Positions 37,636-50,400 of a stretch of 64,000 bases of DNA are shown one piece after another. Source of the stretch: Botryllus schlosseri. Lineage: Eukaryota. Under the pieces are notes generated by a model. It was given only the letters and a program-made list of their open reading frames with translations, ran no database searches and was not told where the DNA came from. The position numbers and the translations under genes were made by a program. Every line of letters begins with the position of its first letter. Positions within the stretch are counted from its first letter, which is position 1. The DNA is taken from NCBI GenBank assembly GCA_051294905.1, contig CM119372.1, forward strand, positions 4,652,001-4,716,000, read 5' to 3'.

Positions 37636-38275
37636 CAGGGCCGGCCAACCCGTGGCCCGCGAGGTAATTTCCGAAATTTCTAATGTTATCAAAAATGTAT
37701 TACACAGATTGCGAACTTGTGAGGCCAACCACTTGAGATGTGATGACTAAAATATCAGTTCCGACGCATTGACAGATCCATGGGCCAGTCACATATTGGT
37801 AGATCTTCGTACACTACAATAAAGCAGAATAATTTGTGATATATTTATCAAAAGTAAAAATTTTCTACACGTTTCGCGCAACATGTTGTCACTAGATTTC
37901 TTGCTTTTAATATTGTTGCCCCTTTGTGAAAATGAAAGAACGCCTAATGTATCAGATTGAATCTAACTATATTCGCGATTACGAGACAGAGCATATGCCA
38001 CTTTGCGTTTGCACTCGCAGAAAGACCGTCGACTATGAAACCTACGCACCAACTGATTGACGCATGTTGGTCGAAACTTTCGATATCGATATGTCCAGAC
38101 GCCAATAGCCCAGTCCTTGCTAACTGAGCCCAGCGATATACAGCACGCCCGCAATATAGTCAGGTGACAATATTATTGACCTGTGAACTTCAAAAAAATT
38201 TCGCGCTGCTAGTGGCCCGCGCAACAGTTCGTCAATCGAATGTGGCCCTTTGGCTGAAAAGGTTCGCCAGCCCTA
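37636..38275. mobile_element. Non-autonomous hAT-Charlie-like MITE
   Basis: Ends CAGGGCCGGCCAACC / GGTTCGCCAGCCCTA; TSD CTATAGAG / TTATAGAG. Confidence 0.7.
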
Positions 38276-39361
38276 TTATAGAGCATCCCAACGGCCACAT
38301 AGATATTATCATGCTGTAGTGTATATTAAGCATATTTTGTATTCTTTCGATGTATTTTTTGGGTATCCACAATAAATTTTTAATCCGGTCCAACTAAATC
38401 GCGCCAAGCGCGGAGAAAATTTTCAAGATAAACGGAGCCTGTGACTAAATGCCCTACTTTATATTGATTTACGAAATAACTTTTGGTCACCTTCGAGCTT
38501 TTTCATTTTGAACATTTCTTTTTGACTTTTTGCCACAAACATGATTATAGCCTGTCGGGTGTGTCACTTCATTTGGCGTGCCAATTGTGCCAGGCCAGGG
38601 GTTGCCGACCCCTGCCCTAAACGATTGTAGGTAGAGCAGCCAAAGCCCGCGGCGCGATAGTTCAGGCCAGCGACGGTATCTTACGCAACACGCACGGGGC
38701 TTATTACAGATGCGATTGCTCAGGCCAACGATTATATCTTGCGCACATGGCCTGTTGTAGATGCGATTATTTGTTCAGTTCTGTCGCTGACGCGATGAAT
38801 GAGCGAGGGTGGCCGCGCGCGCGTGCAGCAATCAGTGACCTAATTTCGCTCGCGTACAAATAGCAAACCAACTCAGCAGGAGATCGCGTGCTGATGTGCA
38901 GCGCAGATGAATCTCGCTAATTGGCAGCGCGCAACGTAATACGAATTACTGGGCACGATGGCCGAATGTGATGCGCGATTGAAAACAAACATGAAGAAAG
39001 GGGTGATTTCAAGTTTTATTTCCAGGGAGATTTTTTTAAGGTTTGTACCCATGCCTGATGCGCACCCCCGATTTTTGGACAAAAATCGGTAAAAGTTTGC
39101 GCATTATACATGGGAAATTACGGTAGTAACCCCGGACGTTTTATTATCTAAAAAAGTCATTACCACTCCACTCTACCAGTATCATTGATAAGTTGATTAT
39201 CATTGATAAGTTGATTATCATCAAAATTCATTCAATAGCACTCTGGATGAACACAAGCAAATATATAAGGCCAATAAATTCTACACACACATGATTGTAA
39301 ATTCTAAACCTGATACACATAAACAACCAAAATAAATATTTAGTTTTAGCTATGTAATGTG

Positions 39362-40972
39362 CTATACACCAGCTCTTTGAAGTTCCATAGACGTCTGACA
39401 ACCAGAATAGTGAAATACAATCAAAAAAATTGCAAATTGACAGTTTTCTAAATACAGCCTCTTACAGTACAGTAGTGCCACTTGAAAGTTAACAAGGAAA
39501 AATAAGTTTGACGTCAACAACAGAGATTGAAGAGGCGCAGACAGTAGGGCTCGAATACGACGACTCCATCCAAGGGTTAAATATTTGGACTCGAGTAGTC
39601 TAACGTATTCCGTTTGATAAATTCGGTAGCTCACACTTTCCACACACACACCAAACCAACTCAACAGTGCCCAGTAAGCTTGACCGTACCCAAATCCATG
39701 CCAGATATACACGAATGCAAAAGGCAACACTGAATTTCTCACGAATCTCCATAAACACACTTTGGACCCACCGAGTGGGATGTATATGTATCGTACGAGC
39801 CACAGATGCAAACCTTTGTCAAAATATTTCCACATGTCCGTCATTCGGTGCTTCACAAAAACGCAATGCGGCGGACCAGGTACATCTAAGTTATCTGACG
39901 ACGCATAAAATGACGTGAGACCATACATACAGACATATTTCAAGCAGAATAACATCACCAGTGCCAGTCCCAAACCCAGCAAGCTAAACAGTGGCAGTCT
40001 AGATACAAGTGCGAAGTCTGAAGAAATTGTAGGCACATAAAACCAATGTAAAATCAAGTCCACAATAACGTGCCACATCAGAAATCTTGCCATACCAATT
40101 AAAAACTTGAAGGTGAAACTCAAGCTCCATGAAACGGGAGGCTTTTTCATTTGCAAGGCAAAGTCATTGTAATTAATCACAGGCCCACCATAACACAAGG
40201 GATAATACATTTGATAAACAAGTAAAGCTTTAAAAGGGTAATTCACTTGTGCACGCTCATACTTGGTCCGAATACTTTCAAGAACTTTGAAAAGCAGCGA
40301 ACGTTTCGGTCGCTTATCGACTTCATTTGATTGATTATGAGTCAAAACATCTATAGACCAAACATATTCAATACTGAAGGAGATATATCGTAAATTACAC
40401 ATTGCAGTGGTGAAAAGAAGAAAATAGGTTTTATATTCTTCCGCTGGATAATACGATTGTAAATATGATATTAATGTGGCATTAGTCAAACTGTAGGCCA
40501 GTATACAGCCTGACACCCAACACATGATAATACTTTCAGTAAGAACAGCTATAAAGTATTGCATAGAGAAATGAAAAAGCATAAAAAGCATACCGTGAAG
40601 TTTGAGGAAATACGCAGTGAACATGATACCATAGACACAATAAATGTTATATCTATAATCTGGGTATTTGACATCGGCTATTCTAGCAACAGTAAAATGT
40701 CCGACAAAGCCAACTACCACAGTAATAAAGAAATAGTGTTCCCAAAAATTCCATTCAAAATCAGCGATATCTTTGTGACGACCGATCCATTCATGCCATC
40801 CAGTCGCGAGATTGTCATGGGCAAGATACTTGAATTCATTTTCACTTGATACAGACACGAGCGTGTGGATACTGCAGATTATTATCGAACAGTACACGAA
40901 GAAGTAGTTGAAGACTTCGAAACTTGCGAGAACGGGATAATATTCTTTGCTGATCAATTTCTGATTCTTCAT
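39362..40972 (-). CDS. HHAT-like MBOAT acyltransferase, paralog C, 536 aa, single-exon CDS
   Basis: Motifs DIADFEW, YYPLCYGGPVINYNDF, PHCVFVKHRMTDMWKYFDKGLHLWLVRYIYIPLGG and FVYIWHG. Confidence 0.9.
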   Translation of the reverse strand: MKNQKLISKEYYPVLASFEVFNYFFVYCSIIICSIHTLVSVSSENEFKYLAHDNLATGWHEWIGRHKDIADFEWNFWEHYFFITVVVGFVGHFTVARIADVKYPDYRYNIYCVYGIMFTAYFLKLHGMLFMLFHFSMQYFIAVLTESIIMCWVSGCILAYSLTNATLISYLQSYYPAEEYKTYFLLFTTAMCNLRYISFSIEYVWSIDVLTHNQSNEVDKRPKRSLLFKVLESIRTKYERAQVNYPFKALLVYQMYYPLCYGGPVINYNDFALQMKKPPVSWSLSFTFKFLIGMARFLMWHVIVDLILHWFYVPTISSDFALVSRLPLFSLLGLGLALVMLFCLKYVCMYGLTSFYASSDNLDVPGPPHCVFVKHRMTDMWKYFDKGLHLWLVRYIYIPLGGSKVCLWRFVRNSVLPFAFVYIWHGFGYGQAYWALLSWFGVCVESVSYRIYQTEYVRLLESKYLTLGWSRRIRALLSAPLQSLLLTSNLFFLVNFQVALLYCKRLYLENCQFAIFLIVFHYSGCQTSMELQRAGV

Positions 40973-41430
40973 TTTGATTCTTAACGCGAATCACAAGCCC
41001 AAAGAAACGGCGAGGTAGGGTGCTGCAGTTACAGACTCGCAAAGTAACTGCTGCAAAGTGCAAGAACGTTTCCACTTGAAAAACAAGCTTCTGTAGTATA
41101 TTTGGAATCATTTATCCATAACGAAAAAAAAACACAGCTCCACCATCTAGTGTACGAGTAATCGTAGTGCAGCGAATAGTGAGCCATCCGTACCATAGTT
41201 CTGGTGTTCGCGGGCGTTTTCACTGAGATTACGGGCATGTAGTGTTATTATTGCCTACCTTACAAAGCCATCTCTGAGAAAGTTAAACTGCTGGTAATCT
41301 CAGCATTACTCTTCATCAAATGCTCGATACTAAATTTTCTTTTACGATCAGTCCCAAAACAGTGTGCAAACTCAAGTTGCATGGAGTGACGCTACTGTTT
41401 TCTAAAGTGGGTCTCGCGAAGTTATGAAAC

Positions 41431-44400
41431 ATGGATCGTCAGATTTCTAAAACGTAAGTAACACGCTGAATGGTAGGAACTTTGAGAGTATTAATTACGT
41501 TTCATGTACCAGTCCCGTGAGGTTGCTAGCTGAATTCAATGTAACCCTACTTTAATACTGTTATTTTAATTAAGTCATTTTGGTTTAGAAATGATCGTGG
41601 GAAAGTAACCCTGGATGGCAGGCTGCTCGGGAGGAATCACGGGAAGACGTCGATGGGATTTACAGGTTTCAAAATTGTAAACTCCAACCTGAAAGTCATG
41701 AAACCGGTTGAAGTAAAAAGTTCCATCATCCGACCGAAACATGACTCCGTATCACCACGAAAACTGAAGATTCCATCAACCGTCGTGTCGGTACAAAATG
41801 AGAAGCCAGCAAATCCGGGCTTGATCGAAAACGAATCGCCTACCAAGCAATGTACGACCGACGCTTTGAAAGAAATGAGGGAGCGAGTTCAAGCAAAGAG
41901 AAGAAATCATGGGTTGTCACCTCAGATAAGTCCTATCAAAAACGGTATTCACGTGGATGCGTCCGTTGCTTCAACCGATGCTATTTTGAAAAAGAAGCTT
42001 ACTGCATCATTAAACTCTCATGTCGAAAGTGAGACGTTACAACAGATTTCGGTTATTAAAAGTCAACGCGTGGATTCAAAGCACTGTCCTCCGGAGATGT
42101 TATGTACTGAGAATTCGTACGATCGAAATCACACAGACGCATCACCTCGCTCTAATGACAGAGAATCTGGTTTATCTGCGAACCATTTTGATTCTCCCAA
42201 GGGCAAAGAATCGCAAACATCCTCAAGATCAAACGGTAGCAATGAAGATTATAAAAGTACAAATCAAGGCAAGCGACATGATGAACGCAATAACAAGAAC
42301 CGCAGACGAGCAAGACGTGGTTCAGGCGACGATGATAGCCATGAAAAAAACACTGACGTATCGCGAGATCACTCATCTAACCGCGGCAAACACAGCGTAC
42401 ACAGTCGTCTTGGAAGGAAGAGAGATTCTGAAAAGGATAATTCTCATTCAAAACCCGATCATCACTCAAACCGCTCGTCTCAGAAACATTCAGACTCTAG
42501 GTAGCATTGCTTACTTGAATTAGATTTAGAGTTATCTTTGTATAGTGGTACGGTATCTATTTTTGGTAGAGAACTGGAAAGAACATTGCATATCAACAAT
42601 CGTATCACCAAATATGACATCACTTGCATAGAATTTTGAATAATTGGGGCGAAGAGATCGCTTAAGCTTTGTATATCAACAGTCTTAGCACCAATTGATA
42701 CAATGATATCGATGTTTCTTTGAAATTCTCTACTAGTTGCTGACGATTACCCCTGACGAGTTTCAGCCGAAAATATTCGGGTTCATTTCAAAAGGAATAT
42801 ACTATCCAATTCAATATCAATATAATTATTTTGCAAATTGATTTTTTTAACATACGGTAGTATGGTTTGCGGTTTCATATAAACCAGTGGCTCCCAACAC
42901 GTTTTTAAGCTGATCAGTTCGAAAAAAATTCAGATCAGTAAAATCTCACAGCCCCAACAAATTATTAGAATTTTTTTTTTGCAATATTGGTTTGAGCACT
43001 AAGTAACGTTTCTTGAATACGGGTCATGATGTCCACGTTATTTTTTCGCCTCAGATACAATATGCCTGAAAACCCATGCGTTGAGAACCACTGTTTTGGA
43101 CCTAAGTTTACGTGGAATTCAACTTGACCATCTTCTGGCAGCGCCTTTTTGATTTAAAGACGTACTTCGTAGATGACGCAGCTCTAGTGCTGTTGGGATT
43201 GTTAATGCTACATATTGCCACAATAACATATAAATGATATATTATGTTCTTTAATTTTGATTAACTCTTATATTTGGAAATTTACTGCATCTTGAATCTT
43301 TCAGGAAAAATAATGATCGGAAAAATTCACCGCACCGCGAGCGCCGTCACAACGACAAAGATAAATACGAATCTTCCAAGAAACTCGCATCGAGAGACAA
43401 GTCGAGATCGCCATACCGGGATAAAGATAGGGATGTATATTACTGCAGAAGCCATGCCGCTGACTGGGACAGCTCCTATCGCAGTAAAGAATATTCTGAA
43501 AGTCATTCCCGGTAAGCTGTGCTTTGAGCATCAAAATATTGGGATATTGCACTGGGGTAGGCCTCTTCAATGTAAAATAAGTTGCGGTGTTATTTATAGC
43601 TTGGTCGAACTTGAAACGCTACTGTTGCATCATTGAGCTTGCCACTGTATATATTCAAGTCTTTTTTAAGCTAGATTCAGAACAGGCATTGGCCAGGAAT
43701 TTTGCGATTGGCAAACATATGTTGTATAATTCTGCTTGTGCGAAAAATTTCCCGGAAACGCTGTTCACACTCTCATTTGTTCTCCTTGGAGTCGACTTTT
43801 ATCAAAATACGCCAACCTAGTTTGTAGCAGTCATGCACCAACTAAAAATAGTGCATTAAGCTTAAGTGATCTCTGCGACTCGTTTATTCTAAATTTCATG
43901 CCGGTGACGCCATGTTTGGTAATACGATTGTTGATATACAATGTTCTTTCCAATTCTCTACTAGTTGCTGACGACTACCCCTGACGAGTGTCAGTCGAAA
44001 ATATCTGGGTTCAGTTCAATACCAATATATTATTCAATTGTACATATTTGTTTTTATAAATTTTTCATCAGTCGACTGTATGTGTTTTATTTGAACTGTT
44101 TTCGTTTGTGTGTTCTTTTTTTTCTGGTTCGCCGCGTTTCATTTTTTACAAAGAAATTGATATTTAATGTTAGATTCAATTCAATCTACGTTGGCTATCC
44201 TTTTTGTTAGGCCTATACAAATCTAAGATCGTCTTGAAAAGCAATTTGCGCAAGTATAAGTAATTATTCCTTTGCATCATCGTCATTTTTTTCGGCAGGG
44301 AGAAAAAAAAGCAGAAGACGTCCGCTCGGAAATATTCCCTCCATGCCAATTCTAGGGATAGTAAATCTCAGTCTTCGCATACCTGCTCCCGACATAGTGA

Positions 44401-47400
44401 CGCCAGGAATAAATATGACCGTGCCAATAGTCTACACGGCAGAGGGTAAGAAAGTGACACCGTTTTGTATATTCCCCGACGCTACAATCCTAAATAGATA
44501 GCGAGATAGGTACCATTGAATATCTGTTGAAGGATTGGTGTTAGTGAAGATTACAATATAGGAAACGATCAAGATGCTTCCAAACTCAATTCAAATTCCG
44601 CTGTTTTTTGAGTGAGCCGGTGTAACGGGGTGCAATGCCATCTGATTCAGAGTTGAAGAATATAATCGTGTTGAAATCAACGCGAATATTTTCGACTGAC
44701 ACTCGTCCTTGGTAATCGTTAGCAAGTAATAGAGAATGTGAAAGATAATTGTGCATCAACAATCGAATCACCAAATATTCTACTAGTTGCAGACGATTAT
44801 TACGCCAGACGAAAATATTCGGGTTTATTTCAATATGAATATACCGTTCAATTGTCCTGTTCCCTCCAAGAGTCTATGCTGCGTAATAGGTTTCAGAAGT
44901 TTTGAGACAAATCACGGCCGAGAATACTTGCCCTTTTCCTTACTTGGAAATCTCTCCCCATACTTGTACTCGTGTAGAAATTTACAACGTTATGTCTGTT
45001 TCAGCACCAAAATGACTGCTTTAACCGTCTCTGCAGGTCGTACATCCTTTCTAGAGTGTGATTGTGAGATTCTATATTGCCACGTGGCAAAGTTTCAGTT
45101 CTAAAATTGTAGGGAACAAGACTGCAGACATTCATTTCTGCGATATAACTAGGTTGTAGATTTTCGAATAAAAACCGTACCATTTCATTAATTTATTAGC
45201 TTGCTCGTGTATCACCGGGTTTATATTTTACAGCCACTCGCCAAGATCACAGAGACGGAGCGCGGAACACTCGAGTGCAACACAACATTCTAGTAAAACC
45301 TCTTCCAGGCGTATCGGCGACGAAGGCAAAAACGAAAACGACGGTTCTCGTAAAAGCGAAAACTCGCGATCCGAGAATGCGACAAAAACTACCGTTAGCA
45401 GTTCTGACGACAGGAAGAAGCGTACTAAAATTGACGGTGGATTATTTTCGAAATTGTCGATCGCGTTTTCGCTGGAGGGCGAGGACGAGGATTATGAAGT
45501 CGAAATGTCTGGTTCCGAGGAGGAGATGTCTACGGTAATATTAGATTTTCTATGTCTCGTGTATTATGTACATTGTGCGTCTTGAGAAGAACTCCCGACT
45601 ATAATAATGAAACCGTGATCTCTCCTGTGCGATTTTGAATTGATTTAGTGAAGCTGATTCTATTTTGTACAGTCTCATTTTCTCGTGTGCACGACTGAGC
45701 GTAAGTGGCCTCCTAGAAATTGTTCCGAACCAATGAAAAACTTTAAATAATTTACTCTAACTATAATTACAATGATAAGATTTTGCTTGCTTCTTGTTAT
45801 CTATATCGTCTGCTATCGGCTCAACGAATTATTAATAAATACAATGACAGATTGTGAGTGTGATATTTTAAAATTCAGTGAATTTAATGGAGTGAATGTT
45901 TCAGTGCAATAAGTGTCCGACTGATGCAAATTTTGGTATATGCGGCGATTGGTTGGCCTATTGATGTTTTGCCTTTGTTGTTTAAGCCTAATTTGAATTT
46001 AGCTGTGATTTTGAAGCGACTACCCAGAATCTCAGTAGTAGATAGACTTCATTGTATTTACTACGCGATAAAACGATAGATCTCCTCTCCATGTGTTAAC
46101 TGTGATTTTTCATGGATCATTTCCTGCTGCCGGGTTATACTAGCACTCTCCAACATGCGCGTCTAATCAATTTGTTTGTCCTCACAAATTGATACATTGA
46201 TTTATTTTCTGATAGTCTCAAGTTTAGGGGTCATTCATCAGACCATCTCGTGTTGTTTGAATCTGTTTAATTTGATTTTGAATTCCACCATGTTACTCGA
46301 AAGATATAAGTTGGCACTTGGCAGCATACTGCTTTTTGAGATCTGATTTAACATACCCTCATCTCGCCAAGAGCGTACTGTAACGATCATATTCAGTGAG
46401 TGGTAAACTAAATAACATTTGTGGTGCTATTCAAATACGCATCTCCCGGCCTAGGTCTAGGTGCTTGGGCGGTTAAGATGCGAATGAGTCTCTGAGTTAT
46501 CGAGTCTGCACTGCCATTTATCTGTCCATGCAATACCAGTGGTCTGACCTCATAGCGGGGATATGGATACCTGTTTCACGGTCGAGTCTCTGGTCTGACC
46601 CTGCTGAAAAGGGATTGAACTCGTGACCTACCTAGCAAGGAGAAAGATCAGAGGTGTCAAACATTCGGCCCGCCAGACCATTTGATCCAGCCCGCGAAGC
46701 AATTCTGATTAGATGGAATAATGCTTGTATTATTCAGCACAATTCTAACGAATGTTGAGGGTTCTGTAAGAAGTACTCCCATTAAATATCAAATATCGAG
46801 TATGTTTATTGTTCATAGGCCACATTGACCACGTGACAGCGGTAATGTGGTGTCACTTAGGTCGCCAGTACGAAGAAGTCGGGGACATTGACACCCTATT
46901 CCAAGAAGGCAAAAACGTACACGTTGAATTCCCTCCAGAGTAACCCAAATCACGATAATGAACCAAATTTCAACGTCTGCTTTTACAGTTAGATCTCTTG
47001 TCACTGTTTTAGCGGTTTACAAAAACGATCAATAACAGTCTGTTGAAGTAATTTTAGTCTTATCAAGATACTACAGAATCAACAGTTTAGAATGCATTTA
47101 CGTCGCAGGCCGAAACAGATCGAAGCAAGTGTCAATCGGAAAACGCCGCAAACGCTGTGAAATCTTTGCCAGGCCACGCGCCGTCACCAAACTGTGATAC
47201 AAACGATGAAAACACTGACGATAGTTTCAACGCCACTGAACGAAACGATGACTCGAAGTGCGATTCCGGCAACGATTCCGCCGACACGGTGTCCGCAATG
47301 ATGGTCGTCGACCAATGTGGAATTACAGACGACAGAAATGACTTTGACAGTGCCGACAGTGTGTCTCACGATGAAGATTCTGCCGAGAGACATCCGTGTA

Positions 47401-50400
47401 ACGATAAGGACCAAGACGACACTGGGTATACTTTTAAAACAGACTTGGATACTGTAGCGGAGTCTTGTAATCGTCACGATTCCGATATCGTAGATTACAA
47501 CGTCTCTATTCCATCCCCACCGACCCCTCTTATGGACGAACCTCAAGATGATACGCGGTATGTTAGCCGTTGTACTGATGGCAATTATACGACACATAAC
47601 GTAACACCTGTTGCGTGTCTCGTATCTGAAACTTCAAACGCGGGCTCATCTCGCGTTGATTGTACGACACAAAATGTAACAACTGCTGTGTGTTCTCTGT
47701 ATGAACCTTCCGAAGTGGGAATATCTCGCGCTGATACAGTTTCTGTGAAATCGAGTCCGACTCAAGTGTTGTTTGAATGCACTGTTCCTACATCTGACGC
47801 AAAAACGTTGGCAACTAACACTGTACTTGGCGATACGGACCGTGAGCAAAACTCATTGTTTGAGTTTTCCGATTCCGGCGGGAATAGCGGTTCAAACCCT
47901 GTAAAGTCTACACCGGCGGCGTCCGATATTGATACCGCATTTCCGAGCGACTCACCCGGTAACTTTTCGCAAAATAGTAATCTCACTTTGCCGGGAACTC
48001 ATAAAATACCTAGCATCACGTCGAGATTGCAGAACGTGTACCAGTCCCTTTTGGAGACTAGTTTTGAGAGCGATGAACACGACATTGCGGGTATCGCAGA
48101 CGATAGCGCGGTAAAGCATGCACCCCGGCCGAACGGCGCTGTTTTAAAAAGGTGTGGCGAGCCTGATAAGAAAATCAGCTCGTCAGATATACCTGACTTC
48201 AACACGACCGATTCTAAAGACACAGGGAATGCTGAAGACTTCACAGAAATCAAGATAGCGGACAACGGGCCAGACTTCTGTGATCTCACATCAGATAGTA
48301 TGATGGACAATGAGCTGGACGAACCTAGTGCTGTGAATTTGCCTCATAAATTAAAACTGCACGCCACCACTAAAACTCCATTGCCTGCCAAGAAATCATA
48401 CGTGCAGCAAGTTCATCCACAGCTGGAGACGCAGAATGCAGAATTGTCGCCTTCTTCGGTTTCTATACCGGCGGGTGTTCAGTCTTCAAGTAAACTGCAG
48501 AGCGATCTTACTGAATCGTCTTCGTTAAAATCTGCGCGCAACAGTCCGAACGGTCACTGTGCAACAAATTCGGAAGCAGTCGGGCTGCGCCCTGATGAAG
48601 CCGGTGAGTGTATTTAGTTTTCAAAAATCAATGGCCACCACGTAATTTTTCAACCTTTGGAGACTATGAAGAAATGTTATTTCAAATAAACAACAGGTTT
48701 GTACAGTAACGGGCAATCAACTACGGTATGTTAAACATAAAACACATTGAAGCTTATGATAACTTCCATCATACTTCCTGCTTTTAGCAGCGGTAGCCAT
48801 TGTACGAATTTTAAATGTTAGTATTATAATAAATCTGAAAGTAAAACAAAGAAAGTAAGCTCGAAAGCAAGATGTAGCTTATTGCTTACTAGTGTACCAG
48901 CATTTTTGTAAAATTCTACTTATTTCTGGTTTGGTGATTGTGATATGTTAGCGGTTCATGTCCGTGATTACGTGTGCCGCATTGAGGACAGTTTCCTGAA
49001 GATATTGGTTGCGACTGTGATGGTTGTAGGAGGACACACAGTGATAGTTGGTGTGCGTGGCGAGTACTTGGTTGTACACTAGAAGCTCGGTACTGTTCAA
49101 AGGATGATACGTGTTTATCGAACACGTCGTAGTTGGAAGTGGTTGCCCAGCGTTTGAGCATGCGACACAATGAGAAATGACAATTGAGCATGTGACACTT
49201 CAGAATGCGTCGCCTGAGCACGTGTCTTTACTACCACAAAGTTACCGTAGCTCTAATTCCAATCCTAACTGTTGGATTAACCTTTACATATATCCTAACC
49301 CCAACCGTAACCCACCTCAATGACTTAATACAATTCGTTCAATATCTACATTGGCACACCTACTAAATACTAACTTGAAAAAAACTTTGCACAATTGTAT
49401 GTGTGTGGGGTATGCACTATATTTTGTGGGTTCAATTGTAGATGCATGTTTTTGTTCTGTAGCCTAAACTGTGGGTTGAAATTTATTTTCACTCGCACAC
49501 CACTGCTGTTCCGTGTTGGCAGTCTTATAAATGATGAATTTGTTTCGGAGATTCGATACCTACCCACTTATGAATCATCTTACAAATGTTACCAATTTTT
49601 CAGGTCTGTCTCGGCAGGACTCGGCCAGCTCGGGTGGCAATGATAATGAGGAAGGTAAGAGAAGGGTGTTGTGTTAATAGAAAATTTGCTGCGGTGTCTA
49701 TGTAACTTGCTACTTTGCTATGTTCTGACCATTGAATAGGTCAATATGATTGCTCCACGCTGTTGAGCTCCTACTCTGTAATCTAAAAATCAACCAAAAG
49801 ATTTTTTAAGCAACTTTCTTTTAAGTGCGCCGCGAGCGTTTTAAAATTTTTATAGTGTGCTACAAACGAAAAAACTTTGAGAACCAGTGGTCTATATCAA
49901 TTTCAAATATTCAAGATATTGAATGCGTTTGATATTGGAGTTGAAATGCCGACGTCATTGTCAGGTCCGAGAAGGTCTGCTCGGATACGCACGAAAAAGA
50001 CGGAAAGGTCGATAATAAAAAAGCGTACTTCACTTTCACTCGTCGAGAAGCAACAAGCCCAGGTGAGTCTCACACACACCGTTCGTGCTTCAATCCGCTC
50101 AATTCATCTCAGTTATTTCGTCGCACACAGCTTCAAGATCCGGCGGCATCCACTGTGGTTAAGTCCGAACCAATTCAACTTTCTTCCGTCGCTGTTTCAG
50201 ATACCAGTTGCAATATTCCTCAGTGGTTTGTTACTGTATTTTGATGCCTTTGGCTAGTAACTATGTCTCTGTAATTTTTGGTAGCGCCATGAAAGATCTA
50301 ACAGAGGAGGAGATATTCAAGTTGAAAATTCGCCTCGCTGCCGGGATACCGGACTGTCCCGATCGATTTGATTTACTGGAAGAAAATCTATACCTCACTT

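Noticed and set aside
11500..41430. HHAT-like genes and retrotransposons nested in a giant first intron of SETD2
   Set aside because: A phase-compatible ATG exon with a perfect GTAAGT donor exists at 41431-41453, so no distant coding exon is required.
41653..48617. ORFs 41653-42504 and 47157-48617 as independent genes
   Set aside because: Both are bounded by splice sites and join in phase as the low-complexity N-terminal exons of SETD2.
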